DNA of 64,000 nucleotides from Alphaproteobacteria bacterium (GTDB taxonomy: Bacteria; Pseudomonadota; Alphaproteobacteria; CAAHEQ01; UBA3637): the NCBI GenBank assembly GCA_045605805.1, contig JAZUQR010000027.1:160001-224000 (forward strand). Direction: 5' to 3'. The translations under genes and the position numbers were made by a program. Of the stretch, positions 1 through 10,860 are shown in pieces (position 1 is the stretch's first letter; the number at the start of each line of letters is the position of its first letter). A model generated the notes under the pieces. It saw nothing but the letters and a program-made list of their open reading frames with translations, made no database searches and was not told the origin of the DNA.

Positions 1-330
1 AAAACATGGGCAGGTTTAATTGGTGCCATCTGTTTTGCCATGGCAATGGCCTATGTTTTTGCTCTGTACTTAAAAGCCTATGGATATATGAGTGGAGATT
101 TCAGATTTAACACAAGAATCCTTGTTCTGTCGTCTGGGGTTTTGGCCGTCATTTCTCAAATTGGGGATTTATTTGAATCACACATCAAACGCAAATTAAA
201 CATCAAAGATTCAAGCAACATCATCCCAGGGCAAGGTGGTTTATTTGATCGCTTTGACGGATTGATTTTTGCGGCCTGTGCCGTAGCCTTGGCTGTGACA
301 TTCATGGGGGAAAATTGGTGGACACCATGA
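1..330 (+). CDS. cdsA: Phosphatidate cytidylyltransferase, 5'-truncated by window edge
   Basis: Frame open from base 1 (KTWAG...); SQIGDLFESxxKR and KDSSNIIPGxGGLFDRFD motifs; directly upstream of rseP. Confidence 0.95.
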   Translation, partial: KTWAGLIGAICFAMAMAYVFALYLKAYGYMSGDFRFNTRILVLSSGVLAVISQIGDLFESHIKRKLNIKDSSNIIPGQGGLFDRFDGLIFAACAVALAVTFMGENWWTP

Positions 331-1424
331 TTTCAACATTAGCTTATTTATTTGCCTTTATTGTTGTCTTATCCTTGGTGGTAATTGTCCACGAAGGGGG
401 GCACTTCATTGTGGCCCGCTTATGTGGGGTCAAAGTCACCGAATTTTCTTTGGGATTTGGAAAAAAACTTTTTTCAAGAACAGACAAAAAAGGGACAGCA
501 TGGCAAATTCGGGCCATTCCATTGGGGGGCTATGTTAAAATGTTGGGCGATGAAGATGCGGCCAGTGCAAAATCATCTGATAAAGACATAGCACCAGAGG
601 ATAAAAACAAAACATTTGCCGCCAAAAACTTGGCTCAACGATCAGCCATCATCTTTGCCGGCCCCGCTATGAATTATATTTTTGCGTTTGTGCTGTTGGT
701 TGGGTTGTTCTGGGGATGGGGTGAAATCATCATCAAACCCGTTATTGGTTCTGTTCTGCCAGATTCGGCCGCACAACAAGCCGGCCTGATGCCCAAAGAT
801 GAAATCCTCAGCATCAACGAAGAAGAAATTGATTCTTTTATGGATATTCAACGCAAAGTTTTGGTGTCTGATTTTGGTCAACCACTCAACCTAAAAATCA
901 AGCGCAACGAAGAAGTTTTAACCATCACTTTAACACCCCATGTGGATGAAAAGACCCAAAATCCCATAATTGGCATTACTTCTGCCGGAGACACACAAAT
1001 TATCAACCAAAACTTAGGTTTTATTCAATCCGCCCAAAAAGCATTAGAAACAATTTATCTCAGCACACATGATACTTTGGTTTATCTGGGACAAGTTTTA
1101 ACCGGACAACGGTCACCAAAAGAGATGCGTGGTCCGTTGGGAATTGCCGAAGCGTCTGGAGATGCCATGATGGGTGGTTTGATTTCTTTAATAGCATTTA
1201 TTGCACAAATCTCTATTGCAATTGGCTTGATGAACTTACTACCTATACCTTTGTTGGATGGAGGTCATTTGTTCTTTTACGCCATTGAAGCCATTCGGGG
1301 CAAACCTTTATCCGAAAAAATGCAATCAGTCATTATGTGGGTTGGTTTCAGCATTCTGATAACCATTTTTGCCTATACAATGCTGTTGGATATACCAAGA
1401 ATTATACAAAGGATGATTGAATGA
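327..1424 (+). CDS. rseP: RIP zinc metalloprotease RseP
   Basis: HEGGH, PDZ domain, NLLPIPLLDGGH; ATG at 327 overlaps the cdsA stop (ATGA). Confidence 0.96.
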   Translation: MISTLAYLFAFIVVLSLVVIVHEGGHFIVARLCGVKVTEFSLGFGKKLFSRTDKKGTAWQIRAIPLGGYVKMLGDEDAASAKSSDKDIAPEDKNKTFAAKNLAQRSAIIFAGPAMNYIFAFVLLVGLFWGWGEIIIKPVIGSVLPDSAAQQAGLMPKDEILSINEEEIDSFMDIQRKVLVSDFGQPLNLKIKRNEEVLTITLTPHVDEKTQNPIIGITSAGDTQIINQNLGFIQSAQKALETIYLSTHDTLVYLGQVLTGQRSPKEMRGPLGIAEASGDAMMGGLISLIAFIAQISIAIGLMNLLPIPLLDGGHLFFYAIEAIRGKPLSEKMQSVIMWVGFSILITIFAYTMLLDIPRIIQRMIE

Positions 1425-3685
1425 CAAAAACAAAATATGCTTTATTGACAGCCGTCAGCCTGCTTGCCTTTCAAGCTCAGGCCGAAACATTAAAAGAAAT
1501 GAAAATAAGTGGTACAAGACGCATTGAAAATGCCGCCATTATGAACTATACGGGTCTTAAAACCGGCCAAGAGGTATCTCATGCTGATTTAGATCAAGCC
1601 ACAAAAACATTGTTTGCTACCGGCCTGTTTGCGGATGTAGATATTCAAATGAACGACGGAATAGCCTCTGTCAAAGTGACAGAAAACCCCATTGTTCAAG
1701 ATATTTATTTTGAAGGCAACAAAGCGTTGGATGATGATGTTTTGAAAACAGAAATTATGTTAAAACCCCGTGCGGTTTATACCAAAACAAAACTTCAAAA
1801 AGATGCCAATCGTTTGCAAAGTGTTTATCAACGCAGCGGGCGTTTTGCGGCCGTGGTAGAACCAAAAATCATTCAAAAAGACCAAAATCGGGTGGATATT
1901 GTGTTTGAAATCAAAGAAGGCGAAAAAGCCTTTGTCCGCCAAATCAACTTTATAGGCAACTCAGCCTTTGATGAAGACACCTTAAAAGATAAAATGATGA
2001 CCCAAGAAAAAGCATGGTATCGGTTTTTGTCCAACACCGACACCTATGATGCCGACCGTTTCAAATACGATCAGGAACTGTTAAGAAGATTCTATTTTGA
2101 AAAGGGCTATCTGGATTTCCAAATCACCGATACCTTGTCCGAATTGACACCGGATAAAGAAGGCTTTATTTTAACCGTTAAAATGGACGAAGGAAGCCCT
2201 TATACAATTGCTAATCAAACACTTCAAGTGTCTTTACCTGATTACAAAAACAACATTTCTTTGGAAGAGTATTTAGAACAAGAAACGGGCGAAAAAATCA
2301 ACATTACCAAAGTTGAAAAAACAACTGATGCGTTGACAGATAAGTTTTTGAACGAAGGCTTTGCTTTTGCGGCCGTAGAACCGGATATCATTCCAAACAA
2401 AAAAGACAAAACCGCCACAGTGGTTTATCGTGTCGCAGAAGGCGAAAAAGTCTTTATCAGACGCATCAATATCGTTGGCAATTCTCGCACACAGGATGAA
2501 GTCATCCGTCGTGAGTTTCGTATAAAGGAAGGAGATGCCTATAACGCCAACCTGTTGCGCCAATCCAAACAAAATGTATCGGATTTAGATTATTTTTCCA
2601 CCGTAGAAATGACAACAAATGCCGTTCCAATGAATCCGTCTTTAACGGATGTTGAAATGTCATTGGCCGAAAAATCAACCGGAGCCTTTAACATCGGCAT
2701 CGGCTGGTCCTCCTATGACGGCATGATGTTTGAAACCGGCATTCAAGAACGCAACATTTTGGGAACAGGCAAAATTGTTGGTATCAATATGATGCTCAGC
2801 CAAAAAGAAACCCAATATAATATCAGTTTAACCGATCCTTATTTCTTGGGCTATCGCCTGACAGCTGGCATTGATTTATATCACACAACAAGTGATAACT
2901 CGGATTCATCGTCCTATAACTATAAAACCACAGGCGGTACTGTCCGGTTCGGATGGCATTATACCGATGCGTTCAGCCATTCGGTACGCTATACTTTGCG
3001 GCAAGACAATATCTATGATATTGATGCCGATGCGGCCTTGTCCATCAAAGAACAAAAAGGCAAAACCGTTGTGTCAATGATTGGTCAAGATTTAACCTAT
3101 GACAAACGAGACAGTCGTATCAATCCAACCACCGGTTATTATACTTCGTTCAGCTCAGATTTAGCTGGCCTTGGCGGGGATACAAAGTTTTTCCGTGTGG
3201 ATGCAACAGCCATCAAATACTTCCCTGTTGCCGAAGATGTTGTCTTTTCTTTGCGAGCCGATGGGGGCTATATCTGGGGCATAGGAGGCAAAGATTTACG
3301 CATCAATGACAGATACTTCTTAGGTGACAGAAGTTTGCGTGGCTTTGAATATGGTGGCGTAGGGGCCCGTGATAAAGCCTCTGATGACGCATTAGGCGGT
3401 GATTGGTATGCAACCGCAAGTGCCGAACTCTCTTTCCCAATTGGCCTGCCCAAAGAAATGGGGGTTAAAGGAAAGGTATTCACAGATGCCGGTTTAATTG
3501 GCAAACCGGATGATTATGATGCCCAAACGATGGAATACTCCAACCGTTTGCGGGCAGCTGTTGGAACGGGCATTGAATGGGCCTCCCCAATGGGTATCAT
3601 TAACTTTGACTTTTCTTATGCATTTGCAAAAGAAGACTATGATAAAACAAGGGTTTTCCGCTTAAACTTCGGAAAAGGATTTTAA
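1421..3685 (+). CDS. bamA: Outer membrane protein assembly factor BamA
   Basis: Signal peptide, POTRA repeats, LRGF loop motif, C-terminal F; conserved context. Confidence 0.97.
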   Translation: MTKTKYALLTAVSLLAFQAQAETLKEMKISGTRRIENAAIMNYTGLKTGQEVSHADLDQATKTLFATGLFADVDIQMNDGIASVKVTENPIVQDIYFEGNKALDDDVLKTEIMLKPRAVYTKTKLQKDANRLQSVYQRSGRFAAVVEPKIIQKDQNRVDIVFEIKEGEKAFVRQINFIGNSAFDEDTLKDKMMTQEKAWYRFLSNTDTYDADRFKYDQELLRRFYFEKGYLDFQITDTLSELTPDKEGFILTVKMDEGSPYTIANQTLQVSLPDYKNNISLEEYLEQETGEKINITKVEKTTDALTDKFLNEGFAFAAVEPDIIPNKKDKTATVVYRVAEGEKVFIRRINIVGNSRTQDEVIRREFRIKEGDAYNANLLRQSKQNVSDLDYFSTVEMTTNAVPMNPSLTDVEMSLAEKSTGAFNIGIGWSSYDGMMFETGIQERNILGTGKIVGINMMLSQKETQYNISLTDPYFLGYRLTAGIDLYHTTSDNSDSSSYNYKTTGGTVRFGWHYTDAFSHSVRYTLRQDNIYDIDADAALSIKEQKGKTVVSMIGQDLTYDKRDSRINPTTGYYTSFSSDLAGLGGDTKFFRVDATAIKYFPVAEDVVFSLRADGGYIWGIGGKDLRINDRYFLGDRSLRGFEYGGVGARDKASDDALGGDWYATASAELSFPIGLPKEMGVKGKVFTDAGLIGKPDDYDAQTMEYSNRLRAAVGTGIEWASPMGIINFDFSYAFAKEDYDKTRVFRLNFGKGF

Positions 3686-3703
3686 TAATAAAAGGAGAAA
3701 AAA

Positions 3704-4264
3704 ATGAAAAAAACAATGATAACAAGTATTGCAACAGTCGCTATGATTTCATGGATGGCCTTTAACACCTATCAAATCAACAAGCCACAAATCGGTATCA
3801 TCAACTTTGCCAAAGTGCAACAAACAGCCAAAGCCTATGTTGATGCCGCCCAAAAACAACAAAAACACGATGAACAAATTCAAAACATCATTTTGCAAGA
3901 TAAAGAGTTCATCAAATTGCAAGAAGAAGGACAAAAATTAGCCGATAACCAGAAAAAAATGCCTGTGGATGAATTCAAAACAAAATCGGTTGCATTGCAA
4001 GAAAAAGCATTAAAAATCAACGAAAAATATCGTACTTCATTTGAAAGAAATGCTTTTGCCACACAAATTGCCTTAAAGGCTTTGGAAAAACAAATTGCCG
4101 AAGCGGTTGAAGCCACTTCAAAAGCAACAGGGGTTCAGGTTATCTTGCCTGTCAATACAATTTTGTATGCCACAGAAAAAGTGGATTTAACCGAAAAATT
4201 CATCAAAGAATTGGATGGGCGAGTCCAAACCGTCAATTATCCAGATCCAATCACATTACAATAA
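3704..4264 (+). CDS. skp: OmpH/Skp-family periplasmic chaperone (divergent)
   Basis: Lies between bamA and lpxD; IGIINFxKV start, coiled coil, VDLTEKFI end. Confidence 0.8.
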   Translation: MKKTMITSIATVAMISWMAFNTYQINKPQIGIINFAKVQQTAKAYVDAAQKQQKHDEQIQNIILQDKEFIKLQEEGQKLADNQKKMPVDEFKTKSVALQEKALKINEKYRTSFERNAFATQIALKALEKQIAEAVEATSKATGVQVILPVNTILYATEKVDLTEKFIKELDGRVQTVNYPDPITLQ

Positions 4265-4273
4265 GGAGTAAAA

Positions 4274-5353
4274 ATGGCTGATACACGCTTTTTTCAAAAA
4301 AAAGAAGGGGGATTAAGTCTGCAAGAACTGGCATCCTGTGCCGAAATCGCACTGCCGGAAGGGGTGGATAACACAAAGGTATTTCATGATGTGGCTGACT
4401 TGGAGTCGGCAACTGAAAAGGATATTTCTTGGGCATTTATTCCCTCGGTGCGGGATCAGCTAAAAACAACAAAAGCAGGGGCTGTCATTGTGCCGGAAAA
4501 GTTCAAAGATTTGGTCCCTCAGGGAACAATTGCCTTGGTTTCAAAAGATGCCCACCGTTCCTATGGTTTGGCAGCCAGTGCCTTTTATCCCAATCATATT
4601 GAACCATACATTTCACCCGCAGCCCACATTGATAGCACGGCACAATTGGGGGAAGGCTGTCGTGTAGAAGCCGGAGCCGTTATCGGAAAAAATGTGAAAT
4701 TAGGCCCCATGTGTCATATTCGTGCCAATGCCGTCATTGAAGATGGTGTTGAAATGGGGGCGATGTGTATTGTGGGAGCAAACGCAACCGTATCCCACTG
4801 TATTGCCGGTTCAAAAGTATATATATATGCAGGGGCTCAAGTCGGTCAAGATGGATTTGGCTTTGCCATGAGTCCGGAAAAAGGCCCCCAAAAATGCCCT
4901 CAATTAGGTCGTGTGATAATCGGCAATGATGTGGAAATCGGTTCCTGTACAACAGTGGACCGTGGGGCCATGGGCGATACAGTCATTGGTGATGGCTGTC
5001 GCATTGATAACTTGTGCCAAATTGCACACAATGTTCAATTGGGTCGGTGCTGTGTCATCGTGGCTCAAAACGGCATTGCGGGAAGCTGTAAGTTTGGCGA
5101 CTTTGTTGTCTCCGGCGGACAAGCAGGCTATGCCGGTCATTTAACAATCGGCACAGGGGCGCAAATTGCGGCTCAATCTGGTGTTATTGGCAACATTGAC
5201 CCCATGAAAAAAATGATGGGAGCACCCGCCCAAGAAGGCCACGAGTTTATGCGCCAAATGGTTGCCTTGCGTGGCTTGACAAAAAAGAAATCTGAACAAG
5301 TAAAAGCAGATGCAAAAATCTGGTTCTGGAAAAAGTTTATAAAGAAAGGATAA
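4274..5353 (+). CDS. lpxD: UDP-3-O-acylglucosamine N-acyltransferase
   Basis: Hexapeptide repeats, [23 protein letters not shown]. Confidence 0.97.
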   Translation: MADTRFFQKKEGGLSLQELASCAEIALPEGVDNTKVFHDVADLESATEKDISWAFIPSVRDQLKTTKAGAVIVPEKFKDLVPQGTIALVSKDAHRSYGLAASAFYPNHIEPYISPAAHIDSTAQLGEGCRVEAGAVIGKNVKLGPMCHIRANAVIEDGVEMGAMCIVGANATVSHCIAGSKVYIYAGAQVGQDGFGFAMSPEKGPQKCPQLGRVIIGNDVEIGSCTTVDRGAMGDTVIGDGCRIDNLCQIAHNVQLGRCCVIVAQNGIAGSCKFGDFVVSGGQAGYAGHLTIGTGAQIAAQSGVIGNIDPMKKMMGAPAQEGHEFMRQMVALRGLTKKKSEQVKADAKIWFWKKFIKKG

Positions 5354-5358
5354 AAACT

Positions 5359-6147
5359 ATGGCAAATATTCATCCATCCAGCGTTGTTGATCCCAAAGCA
5401 GAAATTGCAGACGATGTGCAAATCGGCCCCTTCTGTACCGTTGGACCACAAGTAAAAATCGGTTCAGGCACACGCCTGATTTCACACAATGTGATTGACG
5501 GTGATACAGTAATTGGCACAGGCAATACATTATACCCGTTTGCAAGTTTGGGCCTTCCTTGTCAACATAAACGCAACAAAGCCCAAGATTTGAAGTTAGT
5601 CGTGGGAAATGACAATGTGTTTCGTGAACATTTTACGGCCCACACTGGTTCTGATGTGGATAAAAAAATCACCACCATCGGCAACCGCAACTGGTTTTTG
5701 GTTGGGTCACATGTGGCCCATGATTGCGTTGTTGGAGATGATATTGTCATGAGTAACAATGCAGGTCTGGCCGGCCATGTGATTGTTGAAAATCGGGCAA
5801 TCATCGGGGCTATGGCAGGCGTGTTGCAATTCACTCGCATTGGCGAAGGCGCAATGATTGGGGGTATGTGTGGTGTACCAAAAGATGTCATTCCCTATGG
5901 CATTGTGATGCGAGATGGCTTATCCGGCTTAAATCTGGTTGGTTTGCAACGAGCAGGTATAGATAAAACTTTGGTAATGGAACTTCAAAAAACATACAAA
6001 GAATTGTTTTTGTCACAAGAAGGTGTGTTTAATGACCGATTGGAAAATCTGCTAGCCCAAAACACACCCAATCCATTGATTCAAAAAGTATTGGCATTTT
6101 GTCAAAATCCGTCTAAAAACGGCATTTTACATCCTGAAAGGAAATAA
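5359..6147 (+). CDS. lpxA: UDP-N-acetylglucosamine O-acyltransferase
   Basis: IHPSSVV start, hexapeptide repeats, HVAHDC, LAGHV, GLNLVGL. Confidence 0.96.
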   Translation: MANIHPSSVVDPKAEIADDVQIGPFCTVGPQVKIGSGTRLISHNVIDGDTVIGTGNTLYPFASLGLPCQHKRNKAQDLKLVVGNDNVFREHFTAHTGSDVDKKITTIGNRNWFLVGSHVAHDCVVGDDIVMSNNAGLAGHVIVENRAIIGAMAGVLQFTRIGEGAMIGGMCGVPKDVIPYGIVMRDGLSGLNLVGLQRAGIDKTLVMELQKTYKELFLSQEGVFNDRLENLLAQNTPNPLIQKVLAFCQNPSKNGILHPERK

Positions 6148-6150
6148 CAA

Positions 6151-6969
6151 ATGAAAAAGTTGGGGATTATTGCCGGTGCCGGTGCCTTACCCATTTGCTT
6201 GGTACAAGCCTGCGAACAAATGAAGCGTCCCTATTTTGTGGTTGCGTTGAAAGATTGCATGGCAAAAGACGCCCTCCCCAAACACACACCCATGGCTTGG
6301 ATACGATTGGGGGCCTTAGGGAAAGGATTAAAACTTTTGAAAAAAAACGGTGCCGAAGAAGTGGTGATGATTGGTGCCGTCAAACGCCCCTCGTTTATCG
6401 GCTTGTTCCCCGATTGGAAATGTTTCAAACTGCTTTTGAAGCATCGCAAAAAAGCCTTAGGGGATGATGCGCTTTTAAGAATCTTAATTCAAGAATTAGA
6501 AGCCAACAAGTTTTCTGTGGTCGGCATTGATCAAATTTTACCGCATCTTTTAATCAAAAAAGGTGTCTATGGACGCATGATTCCCGATGAACAAGATACT
6601 CGGGATATTAAACGAGGAATGGAAGTGGCCAAAAAACTGGGCGAAGCCGATGTTGGTCAGGCCGTTATCGTTCAACAAGGTCTTGTGTTGGCGGTAGAAG
6701 GCATAGAAGGCACAGATGCCCTTATCCATCGCAGTAAAAACTTAAAACGCAAAGGTGGACATGGTGTTTTGGTCAAAGCCGCTAAACCTCAACAAGACAG
6801 ACGGGCAGACCTGCCCACAATTGGCCCTAACACCGTTCAATCTGTGGCCGAAGCAGGTTTGGTTGGGATTGCCGTTCAAGCCGATTCTGTGTTGTTCAGC
6901 GAAGCCGAAAAAGCCGTCAAATTGGCAAACCAATTGGGCATTTTCATTATAGGAGTGGAATCAAAATGA
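6151..6969 (+). CDS. lpxI: UDP-2,3-diacylglucosamine pyrophosphatase LpxI
   Basis: LGIIAGxGxLP, DVGQAV, AVEGIEGTD, QDxRxDLPTIG motifs. Confidence 0.95.
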   Translation: MKKLGIIAGAGALPICLVQACEQMKRPYFVVALKDCMAKDALPKHTPMAWIRLGALGKGLKLLKKNGAEEVVMIGAVKRPSFIGLFPDWKCFKLLLKHRKKALGDDALLRILIQELEANKFSVVGIDQILPHLLIKKGVYGRMIPDEQDTRDIKRGMEVAKKLGEADVGQAVIVQQGLVLAVEGIEGTDALIHRSKNLKRKGGHGVLVKAAKPQQDRRADLPTIGPNTVQSVAEAGLVGIAVQADSVLFSEAEKAVKLANQLGIFIIGVESK

Positions 6970-8102
6970 GCTTAAAAGTCTATTTAATCACAGGCGAACC
7001 ATCTGGCGACTTACTGGGTGCCAGAGTGATGCGTTCCTTAAAAAAAATAGACCCTAAAATCCAAATCTTCGGAGTTGGCGGTGAAGAGATGCAATCCGAA
7101 GGCTTAAACTCATTATTTGATATTAAGGACTTGGCCGTCATGGGTTTTTTTGAAGTCTTACCCCATTTACCCAAAATCTTAAAACACTTTAACGAAATTC
7201 AACAAGATATCCAAAAAATTAAACCAGATATCATTATGACAATTGACAGCTATTCGTTTTCAATTCGTGTGCATAAAATGTTGAAAAAAAATAAATGTGA
7301 TATACCACATGTTCATCTGGTTGCCCCTCAGGTTTGGGCATGGAAAAAAGGGCGAGTCAAAACAATCGGCCATTATGTGGATCATCTGTTTTGTCTGTTG
7401 CCAAACGAACCAGCCTATTTTGCCCCCTATGGTATGCCAGCCACTTTTGTGGGACACCCTGTCATAGAGGGAGGCTCTGACAACGGAGATGCAACCGCAT
7501 TCAGAAAAAAACACAACATCTCCCCCGAAAAAAGAATTGTATGTCTTTTGTCGGGAAGTCGTTCCAACGAAATCAAATATCTGTTAAAAGATTTTATGCA
7601 AGTGGCCGAAAATCTGTATGCCACAAATCCTGATTTATTTTTTGTTATTCCCACAGTTCAAACAGTTCAGGAAAAATTGGAAAAAGCCATGAAAAATTGG
7701 TTTGTACCACACTTGATTATCACAGGGGAAAAAGAACGCTATAATGCCTTTGCATCGGCCTCTGCGGCCTTGGCGGCAAGCGGAACAGTCAGCTTGGAAT
7801 TAGCTTTGGCCAAAGTACCCCATTTAATTGCATATAAAATGCATCCGGTCACAGCGGCTTTGGCAAAACGCATTTTGAAAATTAAATATGCCAATCTAAT
7901 CAATTTATTGGAAAATAAAGAAATCATTCCCGAATACTTACAGGAAAATTGCACTGTACAAAAATTAACCACACAAATGCGTCTGTTTTTACAAGGAGAA
8001 ACACAACAAACCCAACAAGCTCTTCTGAAACTGGGGCATCAAACCATCCCTTCGGAAAAAATAGCCGAAAAGCTGATACAACTGGCAAGGAATCATCAAT
8101 GA
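6966..8102 (+). CDS. lpxB: Lipid A disaccharide synthase
   Basis: GEPSGDLLG, APQVWAW, FVGHP, GSRSNEI, ASGTVSLE. Confidence 0.97.
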   Translation: MSLKVYLITGEPSGDLLGARVMRSLKKIDPKIQIFGVGGEEMQSEGLNSLFDIKDLAVMGFFEVLPHLPKILKHFNEIQQDIQKIKPDIIMTIDSYSFSIRVHKMLKKNKCDIPHVHLVAPQVWAWKKGRVKTIGHYVDHLFCLLPNEPAYFAPYGMPATFVGHPVIEGGSDNGDATAFRKKHNISPEKRIVCLLSGSRSNEIKYLLKDFMQVAENLYATNPDLFFVIPTVQTVQEKLEKAMKNWFVPHLIITGEKERYNAFASASAALAASGTVSLELALAKVPHLIAYKMHPVTAALAKRILKIKYANLINLLENKEIIPEYLQENCTVQKLTTQMRLFLQGETQQTQQALLKLGHQTIPSEKIAEKLIQLARNHQ

Positions 8103-8776
8103 CAAACAGAACTTTAATTTATCATTACCCCCTATGTCCGTTTTGCCGTTTGGTAAGATTGGCCTATTACGAAAAAGGCATTCCCCACGCTTTATTGACA
8201 GAAATCCCATGGGAAAGGCGTCCTGCTTTTTTGGATAAGAATCCCCTAGGCACATTACCCATGATAACCGAACCGGATGAGTATATGCTGTCAGGAGCCG
8301 ACACCATCTGCACCTATCTGAATGAAATCCACCAATTACCGGATTTAATGGGCGAAACGCCCCGAGGCCGTGCCGAAATTCATCGTCTGATAGAATGGAC
8401 ACATAGTGTTTTTTATACAGATGTTGTCAAACCCATTTTGTCCGAACGAGTTTATAAAACCTTACAACACAAAGGTGTTCCGGATTCCAATATTTTACGG
8501 GCTGCCCGACAAAACTATAAAATCCTGATGCCCTATTTGGATTGGATCGCATCCAGACGATCCTATTTGGGAGGGCGACACTTATCTTATGCCGATTTAG
8601 CTGTGGCCGCACAACTGTCTGTATTGGATTATTTGGGCGAACTCACTTGGGAAAAATGGCCTGATGTCAAAGTCTGGTATGCCAAAATAAAATCTCGTTC
8701 CTCATTTAAGTCTTTACTTCAAGATAAAGTTGGTGGTATAATGCCCACAGAGGAATACACAAACTTAGATTTTTAA
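8099..8776 (+). CDS. fzlA: Glutathione S-transferase-family protein, FtsZ-binding FzlA-like
   Basis: LIYHYPLCPFCRLVRL, ADLAVAAQLSVLDYLG, KSRxSF, YxNLDF end; ATG at 8099 overlaps the lpxB stop. Confidence 0.75.
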   Translation: MTNRTLIYHYPLCPFCRLVRLAYYEKGIPHALLTEIPWERRPAFLDKNPLGTLPMITEPDEYMLSGADTICTYLNEIHQLPDLMGETPRGRAEIHRLIEWTHSVFYTDVVKPILSERVYKTLQHKGVPDSNILRAARQNYKILMPYLDWIASRRSYLGGRHLSYADLAVAAQLSVLDYLGELTWEKWPDVKVWYAKIKSRSSFKSLLQDKVGGIMPTEEYTNLDF

Positions 8777-8785
8777 GGGGCCGCC

Positions 8786-9199
8786 ATGAGAAAATTTGTA
8801 TGGATATGTTTTGCCACACTCACCCTTGCTTCTTGTCAGTTTATGATGGGAGAAGAAGGCCAAAAAGTTTTTTATTGGCAACGAGCCAATACAGGGGTTG
8901 CATGGTTTGCCAAAGATCATCGGGAATGTCTGCAAGAGGCCGATTTATTTCCCTTTGAATGGCCCTCTATTCCATTATTTTCTGAAAAACCAAAAGATTT
9001 GAAATTGCGTTTTGATAACGATGCGCCATCAGGTGTTTGGGCACAATTTGTTCCTTTTCCTGGGGCACAACCTGTCTATGTAAATTCGGCCGAAAACGAT
9101 TGGTCCGTAGATTATACCTCTTACCAAGAGTGTATGGAAGGGCGACACTACCACCAACGCCTACCTGCCACACAAAACAGACAAGTTTTCCCAATGTAA
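8786..9199 (+). CDS. Hypothetical lipoprotein
   Basis: Signal peptide with LASC lipobox; two further Cys (xECL, xECM). Confidence 0.7.
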   Translation: MRKFVWICFATLTLASCQFMMGEEGQKVFYWQRANTGVAWFAKDHRECLQEADLFPFEWPSIPLFSEKPKDLKLRFDNDAPSGVWAQFVPFPGAQPVYVNSAENDWSVDYTSYQECMEGRHYHQRLPATQNRQVFPM

Positions 9200-9209
9200 G
9201 GAGAAAAAA

Positions 9210-10340
9210 ATGACCCTAAGGATTATGCAGATTTTGCCCTCACTTAAACAAGGTGGCGTAGAAACAGGAACCATTGAAATTGCCGCTGCCTTACAACAAG
9301 CCAACATTTCAAACATTGTTGTATCCTCTGGCGGCCCAATGACAGACAGCTTAAAAAAGTTGGGCGTAAAACATATCACCTTGCCTGTTCAAAGCAAAAA
9401 CCCGTTTGTCATTTGGAAAAATGCAAAAAAATTAGCAGCCATAGTCAAAGAATATCAAATCACATTAATGCATGTCCGATCCCGAGCGCCGGCATGGTCC
9501 GTCTGGTTGGCCTCAAAAAAAACAGGCATTCCTTTTATAAGCTCTTACCATGGTATCTATGGCATAAAACCAAAATTGAAAAAGCTGTATAACCAAGTGA
9601 TGTTAAAAGGCCAGCACACCATTGCCGTATCTGAATATGTAAAACAACACCTGATAAACGAATATAATTATCCGCAAGAAAAAATAACTGTTATTCATCG
9701 TGGGGCCGATTTGAATCGCTTTAATATAGATAAAGTGACACCCCAAAAAATACAAGAATTTGCCGAAAAAAATCAAATTCCAATGGATAAACCAATTCTT
9801 ACATTGGTGGGGCGGTTATCCAAAATGAAGGGGCAATTGGAATTGATTCAAGCCTTACAAAAAATGGCCCATAAAGAAGTCACCTGTCTTTTAATTGGCG
9901 GCAAAGCCACCCCAAAATATCAAAAAGAATTAAATGAAATGATGCAAAAACTCCCCGCAACAACCAACCTAAAAATCCTATCGGTCAACAGCAAGGATAT
10001 GTATTTGGTGTATGCCTTATCAAATGTAATGGTTTCTGCCTCTTTAATTCCAGAATCGTTTGGGCGCACCATAGCCGAAGCAAACGCCATGAAAAAAATT
10101 GTGGTTGCCTTTAATCATGGAGGACCAACCGAAACAATCATACAAGGAAAAACAGGTTTTTTAACCCCTGTTGGCAACATTACCGAATTAGCCCATACAT
10201 TGGATAAAGTTTTGGATATGTCCGCTTCTGAAAAAGAACAAATGGAAAATGCCGCATACCAAAATGTCCACCAACACTTTTCTGTTCAAAAAATGTGTGA
10301 AAAAACACTGGCATTATATAAGGAGCTGTTCAATGACTAA
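9210..10340 (+). CDS. GT4-family glycosyltransferase
   Basis: GGVETGT, HVRSRAPAW, GRLSxxKG, ESFGRTIAEA motifs. Confidence 0.92.
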   Translation: MTLRIMQILPSLKQGGVETGTIEIAAALQQANISNIVVSSGGPMTDSLKKLGVKHITLPVQSKNPFVIWKNAKKLAAIVKEYQITLMHVRSRAPAWSVWLASKKTGIPFISSYHGIYGIKPKLKKLYNQVMLKGQHTIAVSEYVKQHLINEYNYPQEKITVIHRGADLNRFNIDKVTPQKIQEFAEKNQIPMDKPILTLVGRLSKMKGQLELIQALQKMAHKEVTCLLIGGKATPKYQKELNEMMQKLPATTNLKILSVNSKDMYLVYALSNVMVSASLIPESFGRTIAEANAMKKIVVAFNHGGPTETIIQGKTGFLTPVGNITELAHTLDKVLDMSASEKEQMENAAYQNVHQHFSVQKMCEKTLALYKELFND

Positions 10341-10680
10341 AAACAAAAAACAAACCGAACCACAAACACAAAAAAAACAATCCCCCAAAGAACGGATTTC
10401 CCAATTAGAAAAGTTGGCCAACCGATTGGAAGTGATGCGTGTGGGAGATTATGTCACCAACTTAAACAAAACTTCTCGTTTAATTTGGATAAACCTGATA
10501 AGCGGGATTTCTCGTGGTGTAGGGCTAACCATTGGGGCAACCTTGGTTATCGCCATCATATTCAAAATTATCAGTGCCTTGATAAGCCTAAATGTGCCTT
10601 ATTTAAGTGAAATGATGCAAGAAATGCTGGATACACTTCAAAACAGATATCAACCTGTTCAACAAATCAACCCCAAATAG
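10333..10680 (+). CDS. DUF5665-like small membrane protein
   Basis: NLISGISRGVGLTIGAT segment; AAGGAG RBS before ATG 10333. Confidence 0.7.
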   Translation: MTKNKKQTEPQTQKKQSPKERISQLEKLANRLEVMRVGDYVTNLNKTSRLIWINLISGISRGVGLTIGATLVIAIIFKIISALISLNVPYLSEMMQEMLDTLQNRYQPVQQINPK

Positions 10681-10683
10681 GTT

Positions 10684-10857
10684 TTACATAAACACACTCA
10701 GGATATCATGCAGCAGATCCAAAATCCGATCTGTCATATCAATAAACCAATTCAAAACAGTGTACACACACCATTCAATGGTGTGCATAATATACTCATA
10801 CGCCACCACAATGGGATGAGTCACATATGTGAAAAACTCAACAACATAATTTTTCAT
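10684..10857 (-). CDS. Unannotated 57-aa protein (MKNYVVEFFTYV...LLHDILSVFM)
   Basis: Translated by hand: ATG 10857 to TAA 10684, AGGGAG RBS, starts 3 nt after the ATPase stop and fills the whole gap; below the ORF-track cutoff. Confidence 0.7.
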   Translation of the reverse strand: MKNYVVEFFTYVTHPIVVAYEYIMHTIEWCVYTVLNWFIDMTDRILDLLHDILSVFM

Positions 10858-10860
10858 ATT

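Noticed and set aside
10780-10807. GGTGTGCATAATATACT as a chromosomal dif site
   Set aside because: No XerD arm, lies inside the 57-aa ORF, and the window is near the origin rather than the terminus.
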